IMG/VR virus record: IMGVR_UViG_2728369181_000002
From: a virus
Lineage: Duplodnaviria > Heunggongvirae > Uroviricota > Caudoviricetes
Strand: one strand, 5' to 3'
Length of the DNA stretch: 29,192 bases
Shown: one piece after another, positions 1-10,173 of the stretch
Numbering within the stretch: position 1 is the first letter of the stretch
How the letters are laid out: every line of letters starts with the position of its first letter
Translations under genes and position numbers: made by a program
The notes under the pieces: model-generated
What the model was told of the DNA's origin: nothing
Database searches by the model: none
Seen by the model: only the letters and a program-made list of their open reading frames with translations

Positions 1-359
1 GTATTAGGCATCGCTGAGGACGGCCAGAAGAACGGAATCCCGATAGCTGGTGCTCCTGCTCCCAAACGAAGGTTTTCGAGAGCCGTTTCCACCGTGCCAT
101 CCGATTTGATATCACCAAACGGATTCTTGCGGCTTAACAGCAGCGCACGAAGCGCTGTAAGCAGCTGGTCATGCCGCCCCTTCTCCAGGCTGGCACCGGA
201 TGCCTCCACCACGCTGCAAAGCTCCTCCTGCAACATGTCAAAGTAGTCATCATCCAGATCGGTGGCAGGCGTGCCGGTCTGGGGGTTACCACGGGTAAAA
301 CCGTTCTTACCCGCGCCGAACTTATCCTTCTGCGCGGTTTTCGTGTCTATACGATGCAT
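1..359 (-). CDS. phage tail fibre protein, N-terminal part (gene continues beyond window start)
   Basis: ATG at 359..357 sits 3 bp after the stop of the upstream baseplate gene; the frame is open to position 1 (119 codons, [43 protein letters not shown]...). The N-terminus looks like tail-fibre N-termini of Mu/P2-type tails, and the position after the baseplate genes fits. Not in the ORF track because it is partial. Confidence 0.55.
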   Translation of the reverse strand, partial: MHRIDTKTAQKDKFGAGKNGFTRGNPQTGTPATDLDDDYFDMLQEELCSVVEASGASLEKGRHDQLLTALRALLLSRKNPFGDIKSDGTVETALENLRLGAGAPAIGIPFFWPSSAMPN

Positions 360-362
360 GAA

Positions 363-947
363 TTACTCCGGATATTTAAAAATTACGTAGGTATGCGACG
401 GGCAGAGTTTGTTAAGCACGCACTCGACAACGGTGTCCCCCCAGATACGCAGTGCGGAATCACAGGGATCGCCACATGTCATCCAGGTGGTGTTGGTGGC
501 GGCTGGCATGTTGACCTGCCAGTAATACCGCCATTCCGGCGCATTCACCGCGTCAGTACAGGCCGATGAGCAGGTGAACGTGCTTTTGTCGTATCGCGTG
601 ATGGTAGCGTCTGGTCTGCCCAGGGCAGCAAGCTGTGCGAGGTAAAAATCCTCATTGATGCCGCCCGCCAGGTTAACCTTCGCATCCAGTCGTTGCTGAC
701 GCTGGCGAAGGGTCTGTGTCCCTGCGGGAATACATTCATCCGGCAGGCCGCACAGACGCTCCCAGCGGTTTATCAGTTCGGTGGTGGTGCGCGGATCCAG
801 CTCCTGCATCAGGGCATCCGCACGCTGATGAACGCGGGTTAATGACGGTGCCGCACCGGCAATCGCCGGATCTCTGGCTGACCACGCCGGACCGGGTGGC
901 AACAGTGCCGACAACAGACGGATGTAATCATCGTTTGTCACGTCCAT
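363..947 (-). CDS. baseplate/tail protein (Mu gp48-like, DUF2313-type)
   Basis: 194-aa ORF starting [22 protein letters not shown]; last gene of the baseplate block; overlaps the upstream J-like gene by 10 bp. Confidence 0.55.
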   Translation of the reverse strand: MDVTNDDYIRLLSALLPPGPAWSARDPAIAGAAPSLTRVHQRADALMQELDPRTTTELINRWERLCGLPDECIPAGTQTLRQRQQRLDAKVNLAGGINEDFYLAQLAALGRPDATITRYDKSTFTCSSACTDAVNAPEWRYYWQVNMPAATNTTWMTCGDPCDSALRIWGDTVVECVLNKLCPSHTYVIFKYPE

Positions 948-1996
948 GAAATCGTCCCCAGAACCGCCAGTTCATTTTTCGCAATGGAGATATTGTCTGC
1001 CGGTGCAAGCAACTGATGGCTGTATTCCCCGTTCGCACCGGAAATCGCTTCACTGATACGCGACACCTTCAGTTCTCCCTGCGGATAACCATCACGCAGC
1101 AGGAACGAACGCAACTCGGCGGTGATGGCAGCCCGTATTTCTGGTGTATCCGGCGTCACACGGATATGAAAATCCACCGTATGCGCCACCGGCCTGAACA
1201 CATACAAATCAGAGCCTGCCACCGGGGCCAGTGGCTCGATATGCAGCCTTGCCGCCGTTTCCGTTGATTCTTCCGGAATGGGATTAATCAGGTCGCTGCT
1301 GGCAATCATCACACCGACAGTCCCCGTTCCCATCCAGTGTCGGTATGTCCATGCGCGGGTAATGCCGGGAACTTCTTTAGCCCAGACGACATAGTCCCCG
1401 TCAGCCCCGCCCTGAGGCGTCCAGTAATACCGCTCAATGACGCGGGCGCGCCACGTTTCCAGCTCTTCAGTATCAAATCCACCTGTCAGTGTATCTGCCA
1501 CGCCGGAAGACGGCAGACCATTCACCGGCGTGACCAGGATTAATGACGTACCGTCGTCAGCGTTACCGACCGCGCCTGCACTTGAGCAGGCGATCGGCAC
1601 GCGCAGGACACCACCGGAGCTGGTTGCATCGGCAGTTGCCGTGTACTGAACCAGGTCATCGCGCTGAATAACACTCCCGGCGGTCACCTTCAGGCCATCG
1701 CTGACACCTTCCCAGCGCATATACCCGCTGGCAGCCGTGGCCCCCTTGCGCGGACACCGTTTCATCGCAGCATGTCGCGCCAGCCAGGACTCATCGCACA
1801 GGTCAGGCAGAATGTTCATTGCCAGATAATCGATGTACCCGTAAACCGTATGCAGCGCCGCCGCATACACCTTTGCCCGCACGTCTTCATCCATGCGCCG
1901 GAGCGTGTCGCTGACGTCCAGCCTGGCGAATAAATCGTTACGGAGCATACTGATATTTTCTGCCAGCGTCGGGCGCTGAAATTCACTGTCCGCCAT
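938..1996 (-). CDS. baseplate J-like protein (Mu gp47 / P2 gpJ family)
   Basis: 352-aa ORF; size and position between the W-like and gp48-like genes match the conserved baseplate wedge order of contractile tails. Confidence 0.65.
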   Translation of the reverse strand: MADSEFQRPTLAENISMLRNDLFARLDVSDTLRRMDEDVRAKVYAAALHTVYGYIDYLAMNILPDLCDESWLARHAAMKRCPRKGATAASGYMRWEGVSDGLKVTAGSVIQRDDLVQYTATADATSSGGVLRVPIACSSAGAVGNADDGTSLILVTPVNGLPSSGVADTLTGGFDTEELETWRARVIERYYWTPQGGADGDYVVWAKEVPGITRAWTYRHWMGTGTVGVMIASSDLINPIPEESTETAARLHIEPLAPVAGSDLYVFRPVAHTVDFHIRVTPDTPEIRAAITAELRSFLLRDGYPQGELKVSRISEAISGANGEYSHQLLAPADNISIAKNELAVLGTISWT

Positions 1997-2411
1997 GCGT
2001 TATCGCACTCCACAGATCATCAAAAGAAATCATTACCGGTCCGTCACGACGCCAGAGAGTGATACTGTTACCCAGTTCATTAATCCCGGTGCGGCGGATA
2101 TCCAGATCAATACGGGACACCACGCCGTCATCAATCATCCATTGCAGGCATTCGCGGATATACCCCCTTACCGTCTGCACCAGCTGATTGGTCAGTTTGC
2201 TGCGCTGAAGCAGCCACAGTCGGGAGCCGTAACGGTCATTCTGTACCGCAGGCCAGGTATCCCCCCACCATCCCATCGGGACGTCGGCGTTGTCATCAGG
2301 CTCCGCCCGCCGCCAGGTAAACAGGGAAATCACCACGGCGCGGGTCAGCGGATCCAGCGGTGCGCTGGCGCAGGTGCGTTTACCGTTCACCGTCAGCCAC
2401 AGTTCCATCAT
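1983..2411 (-). CDS. baseplate wedge protein (GPW/gp25-like, Mu gp46-like)
   Basis: 142-aa ORF between the V-like and J-like genes, overlapping both neighbours; size typical of gp25/W family. Confidence 0.55.
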   Translation of the reverse strand: MMELWLTVNGKRTCASAPLDPLTRAVVISLFTWRRAEPDDNADVPMGWWGDTWPAVQNDRYGSRLWLLQRSKLTNQLVQTVRGYIRECLQWMIDDGVVSRIDLDIRRTGINELGNSITLWRRDGPVMISFDDLWSAITHGGQ

Positions 2412-2956
2412 GCCTCCATCGCTTTATCAGGTTTGTCGGTGTTACTGCCCTGACCGTTCTCTCTGTGACGATGCCCGTTATAGGCAAGCCGCATCGCTGA
2501 CATGGTGGTGCCGCTGGAGTCGCACAGGTCTTTCACCTGTCCTGTCACTTCCAGGTCCATTTCAAAACGTGCTTTAGGTGAATTGCGAAACGTGATCGTT
2601 TTACCTGCACCGTCCACCACGATCCCCTCCCGGGTCAGCGTCACGGACTGCCCCTGATCATCATAGACCGCCACCTCACCCGTCTGCAGCCCTTTCAGGC
2701 GGTAGCGCCGGTCCGACACCGTAACAACCACCGCATGAGAACGGTCGCCATCCGGAAACAACACCACCGCTTCCGCACCGCTGTTTGCCCTTGCGGTAAA
2801 ACCGTAGGGTTCAAGATGTTCAACCCCGGCTTTGGGTTCACCGGCAATCAGGGACACATCCACGGTCTGACATTTCGTGGCGGCACTGATGCTTTTCACC
2901 ACTGCCCGCCCAATCAGGCCGAGGAGTTGTCGCTGCATGGCTTCAATCGTCCTCAT
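2408..2956 (-). CDS. baseplate assembly protein V / spike (Mu gp45-like)
   Basis: 182-aa ORF; translationally coupled to neighbours; position upstream of the W-like gene. Confidence 0.55.
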   Translation of the reverse strand: MRTIEAMQRQLLGLIGRAVVKSISAATKCQTVDVSLIAGEPKAGVEHLEPYGFTARANSGAEAVVLFPDGDRSHAVVVTVSDRRYRLKGLQTGEVAVYDDQGQSVTLTREGIVVDGAGKTITFRNSPKARFEMDLEVTGQVKDLCDSSGTTMSAMRLAYNGHRHRENGQGSNTDKPDKAMEA

Positions 2957-4035
2957 CAGAACGGGTCCTCCTGTACTCTGGCTTTTTTCTTTTTCCGCGC
3001 GCCGGGGGCTTCGGGTTCAGGCAGATAAGCATCAGGTGGGCCGACACGGATTTCCGTCAGGGTGCCGTTCTGGTCCTGAGTAAACGTGACTTCCGAGACA
3101 AGCAGTTCGGTATTGTCGAAACCACAGACCGGATCGAAGACAATCACCCGCTGGTTGGGTTGCCACAGCGTACCGTTACCCTGTCGCCAGCCCTGCACCA
3201 CATAGGTGGTTTCATCCGTCCGCGCCGCCCGTTGCCGGGCTTCAAAGTCCGCACGGGCAATACAGCCTGCCCCCGTAGCCTGCCCTGTCTGCCTGATATA
3301 CATCGGACGGTAACGGGCAATAAATGCGTCTTCTGTGCGGGCCCGCAGCGCGGTGGTGGTGGCCTCACCGAAATCATCGTCATTTCCGGCACGCTGCCCC
3401 GCCACCTGGTAAACTGAAAACCGCTCCCGGATACTCTTCTCCGTATCACAGGAAAGGATGTTTTCCCCAAGTACCAGCGCGGTATGTGCCCGCGTTGAGC
3501 CAATACCGCCAATCACCAGCCTGCCATGCGGGTCGTCGTAAGCCAGTGCCTGCTGCTGACCGAGTATTTTGTTGATCACCTCGATCACCGTTTCGCCGTG
3601 ATCAGGCTGGACATCCGGAATAACACCCGACGGCGCACCGTTGTTCACCACCTCAATGCCGAAAGGCGCAGCAAGCGCCTGCGCAATCTGTACCAGCGAT
3701 CGTCCGTTAAACTGTGTCGATTCGGCTGCACAGTCAATCAGGTCAGCGGTCAGACTGCGTCCGGCAATACCGGTGCTGACCGAACGGGCATCGTAACGAA
3801 CGGGCGTCGCCTCCACCCAGCCGGTGATCACCAGCTCATCACCAATCAGAACTTCCACTTTTGAACCATTTTTAATACGCGGCTGAAGCGTGGTGATACC
3901 CTCATCTCCCGGCCACTGGCGGGTGATCTCCACACTGAAATCCCGTGCCAGCCGTTCAATACCGGCACCGATGCGCACCGATGTCCAGCCATTCCACTCC
4001 CGGCCATTTACCCGTAGCGTGACGTTATCGTTCAT
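2956..4035 (-). CDS. tail/baseplate hub protein (Mu gp44 / P2 gpD-like)
   Basis: 359-aa ORF between the DNA-circulation-like gene and the V-like gene; ATG at 4035..4033. Confidence 0.5.
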   Translation of the reverse strand: MNDNVTLRVNGREWNGWTSVRIGAGIERLARDFSVEITRQWPGDEGITTLQPRIKNGSKVEVLIGDELVITGWVEATPVRYDARSVSTGIAGRSLTADLIDCAAESTQFNGRSLVQIAQALAAPFGIEVVNNGAPSGVIPDVQPDHGETVIEVINKILGQQQALAYDDPHGRLVIGGIGSTRAHTALVLGENILSCDTEKSIRERFSVYQVAGQRAGNDDDFGEATTTALRARTEDAFIARYRPMYIRQTGQATGAGCIARADFEARQRAARTDETTYVVQGWRQGNGTLWQPNQRVIVFDPVCGFDNTELLVSEVTFTQDQNGTLTEIRVGPPDAYLPEPEAPGARKKKKARVQEDPF

Positions 4036-5405
4036 TGCACTGGCACCTTCAGAGGGATCACCGGCACAAAGCCGGGATGTGTAATGGCATTGCGCCGGAT
4101 AATGTCCGCGTCACGCGCCGCGTTATCAAACCAGGTCGCCGCCAGCACCAGCGCGGGTAAAACCTCATCCGGCGTACGCTGAATGATCCGCGCAGACTGT
4201 TCAAGGCGCGTGTTGATATCCGCATTCAGATCTGCTTTCACCCGGCGCAGCGCCAGAAACAGCACATCACTGGTTGTACGGGACAACTCCTTATCAATTG
4301 CCGTATTCAGTGTGTCGCGAATGTCGGTCAGTTCTTCCCACGTTGGCAGGTCAACCGTGTTTTTCACCGCCGGTGCATTGTTCAGTGCCGGATGCGTGAC
4401 GGAAGGCCAGCCGGTGCTCTGCGCGGGTGTTGTTGACTGCCCCACTGCGGCATTCTGCATCACCGCGGAAGTTGTTGGCGCAGGCAATCGGGTAACGGCA
4501 TACGCCGCTTCGCTGATTGCAGTCGTACGAAGGGTGCTGGCAACCACGTTACGCTGCTGCGTCGCTGTGGCGGTGGTTTTACTATCCGTTTTCCAGACAC
4601 CGCGCGGTTGCAGATCGCTGCCGAGGCTGACACCGGAAAGCGTTTTGATCATGGTGACCAGGTCGCTGGCGTTACCATAAAGGCGCTTCCCGGTACGCCA
4701 CATTTTCTGCACCTGCTCAACGAAATTTTTGCCTGACGATGGCGGCGGCAGAAGTACCGAGATATCCCCCTGCAACAGCCTGGCGGCATCCGATACAGCA
4801 GAATCCACCACTTTCATCGCATCAGAAACATACCCCAGCATTATGCTGGCATTACCGATAACGTCGTTCTGCACGAAATCCGCCACACCATCGATACTGA
4901 AACCGCTGAAGCTGTCACTGATGCCGTCATCCAGTGCAGAACAGGATGACATCAGCGTCTGCGCCGTCGCCGCACCTGATGTGGGGTAAGAGAGTTCTCC
5001 TGCTTCGACAAACTTCAGGTCAAAGCGGACAATACGCCCTTCACTTTTCGATGTGCTGACCCGAACTTCCCCGTCAACACAGACTTTCAGCTCACCATAT
5101 GTCGGGTGGACAAGCGTGCCGGGACCGGGTTTATTCAGCGCGTCAATCAGGCGATCGCGCTGGTCAAAGCAGTCATCTCCCACCACATAAGCTGTGATGG
5201 ACGGGCGGAAAGTGACTTTTCCCAGATCTTCGGTATAGGGCTTGTCGCGGTTCGGGTATTCATGTGTTTCCACACGGCGACCGGTTCCCGCACTTTCTTC
5301 TTCAACCTTAAACGGCACACCTCGAAATGATGCTTCAAGTAGCTTTTCACGCCAGCCACTTCGAGAATCAGAGGATAGGTACGAAGAAATATGAGAAAAA
5401 TCCAT
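4032..5405 (-). CDS. tail protein of the Mu gp43 (DNA circulation protein) type
   Basis: 457-aa ORF with ATG at 5405..5403, directly downstream of the tape measure block in gene order. Confidence 0.5.
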   Translation of the reverse strand: MDFSHISSYLSSDSRSGWREKLLEASFRGVPFKVEEESAGTGRRVETHEYPNRDKPYTEDLGKVTFRPSITAYVVGDDCFDQRDRLIDALNKPGPGTLVHPTYGELKVCVDGEVRVSTSKSEGRIVRFDLKFVEAGELSYPTSGAATAQTLMSSCSALDDGISDSFSGFSIDGVADFVQNDVIGNASIMLGYVSDAMKVVDSAVSDAARLLQGDISVLLPPPSSGKNFVEQVQKMWRTGKRLYGNASDLVTMIKTLSGVSLGSDLQPRGVWKTDSKTTATATQQRNVVASTLRTTAISEAAYAVTRLPAPTTSAVMQNAAVGQSTTPAQSTGWPSVTHPALNNAPAVKNTVDLPTWEELTDIRDTLNTAIDKELSRTTSDVLFLALRRVKADLNADINTRLEQSARIIQRTPDEVLPALVLAATWFDNAARDADIIRRNAITHPGFVPVIPLKVPVQ

Positions 5406-5420
5406 GCCGTCACCTCAAAT

Positions 5421-5447
5421 AAAAACCGCGTGTAAACGCGGTTTTTT
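5421..5447. terminator. bidirectional intrinsic-terminator-like hairpin (AAAAA-CCGCG-loop-CGCGG-TTTTT)
   Basis: Stem ccgcg (5426..5430) pairs with cgcgg (5437..5441); flanked by an A5 run on one side and a T6 run on the other, so it has a U-tract in either orientation. Lies between the AT-rich moron and the next tail gene. Confidence 0.5.
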
Positions 5448-5461
5448 ATTAGGTAATAAAA

Positions 5462-5950
5462 TTAAAGATCATAATCAAAATTATGAGTATCTATTCTACA
5501 TGATGAATAAGCAATTCCGCTTTCACCACTAATATTTACGCCAGCCTTTACCTTCCCTGTCTTCGTAACATCAACAAAGAATTGCCCTCTTGGCATTTTA
5601 AATGCAAAAGAGAAACCAATAATTTCCGAGTCAAAGTCATTTTCATCCTCACTAATTGGTACAATAAAAGCCAATGGTGCAGATTGTGAGTTATTTTCAA
5701 AATCAAAAACACCAATTCCTTTATTAAACTCGTAGGATGCTTTTTTTATTAAAAGAGTTCCACTTGCCGACTTTGCTGGGCATATTACAGACAGTCTATT
5801 TATTCCCCCTACATCTAGATCTATATTCTTATCTGCTGAAGTTTTAACGTTATCTATAAAGTATGTAGCAAGCTGCTTTTCCGTTACTGGCTTCGCAAAG
5901 GAGTTTAATGGCAATCCTGCAGCCAACAACAATATAAACATTTTCTTCAT
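5462..5950 (-). CDS. hypothetical secreted protein (AT-rich moron inside the tail module)
   Basis: Start moved to ATG 5950..5948, which is preceded by AGGAGA; N-terminus MKKMFILLLAAGLPLNSFA is a typical Sec signal peptide; two Cys in the mature part; markedly AT-rich compared with the flanking tail genes. Confidence 0.6.
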   Translation of the reverse strand: MKKMFILLLAAGLPLNSFAKPVTEKQLATYFIDNVKTSADKNIDLDVGGINRLSVICPAKSASGTLLIKKASYEFNKGIGVFDFENNSQSAPLAFIVPISEDENDFDSEIIGFSFAFKMPRGQFFVDVTKTGKVKAGVNISGESGIAYSSCRIDTHNFDYDL

Positions 5951-5985
5951 ATTCTCTCCTACATTCAGCACAAACTTTACCACTC

Positions 5986-6016
5986 AATAACCCTACTTGA
6001 TTAAAGTAGGGTTATT
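5986..6016. repeat. perfect 13-bp inverted repeat (AATAACCCTACTT / AAGTAGGGTTATT) with 5-nt loop
   Basis: Read directly from the sequence; overlaps the tape measure stop codon (6015..6017) at the boundary with the moron. Confidence 0.7.
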
Positions 6017-7916
6017 ATCGTCTGAATGGAGAATACCCCACATCGTGCGTGATTTTCATCAGGGGATCGGCTTTGCCCGGTACATCAATTATCTTCATAC
6101 TTGGCGGAGCATTCTCGAACGTGACTTTCAGTTCGCTGTGCTGTGTCATGGAAGAAGATGGATTCAACAACGGAACATTGGGTTTGTACTGACTCAGGCT
6201 CGCCTGATACTGCTCGTACTCTTTACGATCAAAAAAAGGCGTCCAGTCTGAAGCCAGAAACAGCCCTTTATTATCCAGCCAGTTAACCGTATCTTCAGGA
6301 ACAACACTTTCCAGAGTATCTTTAACCGGCTCATACATCAGGGTTCCCAGAAAACCATATACCCCGGCCTTCCCGATAAAGCCGCGGCCTTTCCCCATCA
6401 ATCCCGTTTCTGCCGATACCTTCCCCAGCGTACGCATCTCTCTGGTCACTGCGGTAATGGATTTGGTAACGTCAGCAACCCATTTGGTTGTCATAAACAG
6501 GGCGATCGCTTTCAGAACAGTTTCCCATCCCCCCATCGCCTGCGCCGTTTCATCCACCACGCGCCAGACTTTTTTTATGACAGGACCTACGGTTTCCCAG
6601 TTATCAATAATGAGGTAAGCGCCACCGACCAGAAGAGCAATCAGCCCCTTAGCAGGCGTCATATTCATCACACCGCCGAGAACTTTCATGATTCTGGACA
6701 AAGAGCCTGCAGCGGCCCCCACTGTCAGTAAAGCCAGACCGATTTTAGCAATGGTCTTAACGAGCTCCGGGTTTTCACGGACAAACGTTCTCACTTCCTC
6801 AAGGAGCGGTTTTACCGCTTCAAGACCATCATTAACCTCAGGAAGAAACGTTTCCCCCAGAGTGGAAGAAATGGCATCAAGTTGATTTTGCAGAAGTAAA
6901 AGCTGGTTTTCCGTCGTCGCTGCCCTCGAAGCATATTCCTTCTGCATCGAACTGCCATACTGCTGGGAATCCGCAACCCGCCTGAAGTTGGTACGCAACA
7001 AATCAAGGTTAGTCAGCAGAGGTGCTATCGCGCCCAGAGACTCTTTCCCGAACAGGGCATTCAGCACAGCTGCCTGTTTTTCTTTAGGCACTTTAGCCAT
7101 CGCATCCAGTACAGACAGCATGGTGCCCCGGGCATCTTTCTGCATATCAGCAGCTAATTTCTTCGGATTGATCCGCAGAAAACGCAATGCCTGTTTCTGC
7201 GATTTTGTCGCGGAATTTCCCGCAGTCAGGGAAAGCATGAAGTTCTTGATCCCTGTGGCGGCAATTTCTGACTCCACACCCATCCCGGCAATGGTTGCCC
7301 CCATCGCCGCGATTTCGCCGGAAGCCACACCAGCAACACCACCTAAAGGACCAATACGCGTAACAATATCGGAGATTTTCTTCGCATTCGCCGGGCCGGT
7401 ATTACCAAGGTAGTTGATTTTGTCAGCCAGCCCGGCCACTTCATCCTGCGTCATATTAAACGCAGTACGCCACTGGGCCATCATCTGCCCGGACTCTTCA
7501 GCCGTGGTATCAAAGGCCACGCCCATCTTCACCGCATCAGTGGCAAACTGCATCAGTTCATCACGTGCAATCCCGGCCTGACCGCCAGCCGCCACAATTT
7601 CCGCGATCCCGTCTGCAGACATGGGAAGCTCAGTAGACAAAGCGCGTACCTGCTCCGTCATGGCCTTAAACGCATCCGGCGTATCCAGACCGTCCACCAC
7701 TTTGCGGACATCAGCCATCTTCGATTCAATGGTGATGGCTGATTTTACAGGGAGTGCCAGTGCCCCCATTATTGCAGTACCCGCCCCGGCAGCGCCTAGA
7801 GCAAGGCTGGAGACTTCTTTTTGAAACCCCTTAAGCTGACGCTGCATACCTTTAAGCGGGCCGGATAGCCTGTCAACGGCGGTGATGATGGCTTTCAGCT
7901 GAAAATTATCAGCCAT
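6015..7916 (-). CDS. tail tape measure protein
   Basis: 633-aa ORF, Ala/Gly-rich and predicted alpha-helical (MADNFQLKAIITAVDRLSGPLKGMQRQLKGF...); lies between the chaperone and baseplate genes. Confidence 0.8.
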   Translation of the reverse strand: MADNFQLKAIITAVDRLSGPLKGMQRQLKGFQKEVSSLALGAAGAGTAIMGALALPVKSAITIESKMADVRKVVDGLDTPDAFKAMTEQVRALSTELPMSADGIAEIVAAGGQAGIARDELMQFATDAVKMGVAFDTTAEESGQMMAQWRTAFNMTQDEVAGLADKINYLGNTGPANAKKISDIVTRIGPLGGVAGVASGEIAAMGATIAGMGVESEIAATGIKNFMLSLTAGNSATKSQKQALRFLRINPKKLAADMQKDARGTMLSVLDAMAKVPKEKQAAVLNALFGKESLGAIAPLLTNLDLLRTNFRRVADSQQYGSSMQKEYASRAATTENQLLLLQNQLDAISSTLGETFLPEVNDGLEAVKPLLEEVRTFVRENPELVKTIAKIGLALLTVGAAAGSLSRIMKVLGGVMNMTPAKGLIALLVGGAYLIIDNWETVGPVIKKVWRVVDETAQAMGGWETVLKAIALFMTTKWVADVTKSITAVTREMRTLGKVSAETGLMGKGRGFIGKAGVYGFLGTLMYEPVKDTLESVVPEDTVNWLDNKGLFLASDWTPFFDRKEYEQYQASLSQYKPNVPLLNPSSSMTQHSELKVTFENAPPSMKIIDVPGKADPLMKITHDVGYSPFRR

Positions 7917-8000
7917 GCTTCATCTCCTCATTTATACGGACGGCCTCTGCCTCCAGATCAGCAAAGTGGGAAATAGCCGTCCGGCGAAGTTCAAGGGGGT

Positions 8001-8324
8001 TTAATTTCCAGAACCACGCGACATTGTAGAATCGCTTCCGGAGGTCTCTTCCGTCTCCAAGCCGGTAAAAAAACGCATTACAATCATGCCTGCCTTGAAA
8101 ATATCCAGCTTCGTCATCTGCGCTGCAGACGAGCGCGGGATCCCGGCCAGAAGCGGGATATATTTCAGCGCCACCTGACTGTCCATTTTCATACCACCAT
8201 CAGGCGAAACAGAGAAAGGGAACCCCAGCGCCTCAATCTCGTCATACGTAGGCTCACGTATTTCCAGCACATGCAGTGTTTCTTTGTGGGCGATGATCGG
8301 TTTTTTAAGTACAAGCTCAATCAC
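8001..8324 (-). CDS. tail assembly chaperone (frame-0 product)
   Basis: 107-aa ORF between the tube and tape measure genes; GTG start overlapping the tube stop (GTGA); contains a T7 slippery run (see next feature). Confidence 0.55.
   Translation of the reverse strand: MIELVLKKPIIAHKETLHVLEIREPTYDEIEALGFPFSVSPDGGMKMDSQVALKYIPLLAGIPRSSAAQMTKLDIFKAGMIVMRFFTGLETEETSGSDSTMSRGSGN
8067..8073 (-). other. candidate programmed -1 ribosomal frameshift site (T_TTT_TTT) in the tail assembly chaperone
   Basis: Minus-strand coding sequence CGT TTT TTT ACC. The -1 frame entered here stays open for 52 codons to a TGA at 7909..7911, covering the otherwise gene-free 84 bp before the tape measure gene; this matches the conserved G/GT-type chaperone frameshift of tailed phages. 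Confidence 0.5.
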
Positions 8325-8677
8325 TGGTAATCCCCTTCTTCACCGTGGAACTCAAGATCAACCGTGCCTTCTTCGGCATTATGGTTCGCTTCACCGTGCA
8401 GCCAGGCGGACGACAATACATAGACCTGACCGTTCGCCAGCTCGGCAGTGATGGTCATCTCATCAGACGAGGTGATTTTGCTCACCGGAAAATTCTTCGG
8501 CACCTTGAAGGTCCCTTTGACATAAGGTGCACGGTGAGTTTCCTTGCGGTCCACTGAACCGTCCAGGCCGATGATGTCATCATTAACCGTCCTGTTCATG
8601 GGCACCTCAATGCCGCCGGTCAGCGATAGCTGCTGACCGTCAATTTTGAAATAACAGGTTCCCCCGATACGGGCCAT
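8321..8677 (-). CDS. tail tube protein
   Basis: 118-aa ORF immediately after the sheath gene (TAATG overlap); size and position match contractile-tail tube proteins. Confidence 0.6.
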   Translation of the reverse strand: MARIGGTCYFKIDGQQLSLTGGIEVPMNRTVNDDIIGLDGSVDRKETHRAPYVKGTFKVPKNFPVSKITSSDEMTITAELANGQVYVLSSAWLHGEANHNAEEGTVDLEFHGEEGDYQ

Positions 8678-10173
8678 TATGCAGACTCCTCTGAATACTG
8701 AAGACGGAACTGGTTAACCACGGCAAAGACACGCAACTGGTTAACATAGTCAGGCGGGAACAGCGTGTTCAGGCGGTTCGGATCGCTGGCATCACGCTCC
8801 ACAACCAGGTACTGCTTAAACAGTTCGTAGTTTTCCACGATCCCCGCACGCTCAAGCTGACGGTAGGTTGCCAGCAGTTCCCCTTTGATCACCGCCGGGG
8901 TGACAATCGCCTGACCGGGACCAAAGCGGGTACCGTCACTGGCAAGCTTGTGACGCCCGTACTTACTGGTAATGACGGATTTCAGTTTGCGCAGTACATA
9001 CGCGCTGGTATGCAGCGTCTCACTGTCGAGGTAGCTGTTATCCGCAACCCCGTAAGCGTTTTTCCTGTACGTGGTGACATCACGCTGAATGCGTAGTACC
9101 CCGCTTTCGACATACGCCGTTGCCACGCCATGAGACAGCAAGGTCTGTTGTTCGGTCATCGTGAACCGTTTCCCCTTCGGCGCAGGCAGCATACCCACCA
9201 GCTCACCGGTCTGCGTGGGACGTGCCGGATCGTTGCGAATAAACACCGCTGCGCGGGCGGTACGGCTTGCCGCCAGCTCGTCGGCAGGCGTCTGGGTCTC
9301 TTTTTCGTACCCCGCCAGGGTAATGTGCTGCTGGTTAAACTGATCACCTGCGGTCACCAGTTCTGACAGCGTGCCGGTCTTTGCCGTATACACATGACCA
9401 TACAGCTGACGCGCATAGCTCCAGCGACCGCTGGTATCGTTCATCTCGGTCACCAGCGTGTTAACGGAGGCCGTGTCGTTGAACGGCAGGCCGATATAAT
9501 CAAACGGCTCATCCGCCATTGCAGCCACCGCGCCGGTGAGAACCGGAGCACCCGTTCCGGCGGTACCCGTCGCCACGGCAATCTGTACGCCCGCTGGCAG
9601 CACTTCGCCCCCACCAAAGCCGTAGTAATTGAGGCTGACAGGAATTTCATTCCCGCAAAGCCCCTTATGACGCGCGGTCAGTGTGACCACGCCTGCCGAA
9701 GATGAAGCCGTAAACGGCAGGGTCGGAACGGCATTGATGGCATCCTGGATACTGCTGGCAATCATCGTAACGTTATCGCCGTTAGTCACCGGTGCCTGCA
9801 CGCGGGTACGTCCCACATACACATTCACCGTGCCGGTTTCGGTTGCCGCCCCGGTCACCGTCAGCGTAACCGTTGCCGCCGCGCCTGTGGATTCAGGAAC
9901 GGCAATCACATACAGCTCGCCAAACGGGTCAGTCTGGCGATAAGCCTCGACCATACGCGCCAGCTGACTTCCCGCACCACAAATCTGGCGTGCATAGTCT
10001 GCCGACGGCATCAGCACCAGACTGTTGGCAACAATCTCTGCACCGTTATTGGCATGACCAATCAGCAGCGATGCTCCGCTGTCCTGTGCAGTATTCGCAG
10101 CCTGGTTATCCATTTCCGCATAAAACAGCGGAACCAGCGTATTCGACGGAATGGTGTTAAAGCTTATCGTCAT
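8677..10173 (-). CDS. tail sheath protein
   Basis: 498-aa ORF heading the tail block, followed by the tube gene; size typical of contractile sheath proteins. Confidence 0.75.
   Translation of the reverse strand: MTISFNTIPSNTLVPLFYAEMDNQAANTAQDSGASLLIGHANNGAEIVANSLVLMPSADYARQICGAGSQLARMVEAYRQTDPFGELYVIAVPESTGAAATVTLTVTGAATETGTVNVYVGRTRVQAPVTNGDNVTMIASSIQDAINAVPTLPFTASSSAGVVTLTARHKGLCGNEIPVSLNYYGFGGGEVLPAGVQIAVATGTAGTGAPVLTGAVAAMADEPFDYIGLPFNDTASVNTLVTEMNDTSGRWSYARQLYGHVYTAKTGTLSELVTAGDQFNQQHITLAGYEKETQTPADELAASRTARAAVFIRNDPARPTQTGELVGMLPAPKGKRFTMTEQQTLLSHGVATAYVESGVLRIQRDVTTYRKNAYGVADNSYLDSETLHTSAYVLRKLKSVITSKYGRHKLASDGTRFGPGQAIVTPAVIKGELLATYRQLERAGIVENYELFKQYLVVERDASDPNRLNTLFPPDYVNQLRVFAVVNQFRLQYSEESA

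Noticed and set aside
171-569. Plus-strand ORF of 132 aa at the window start
   Set aside because: It lies antisense to the tail fibre and gp48-like genes, has no ribosome-binding site and an unprotein-like composition; it is a shadow ORF of GC-rich coding sequence on the opposite strand.
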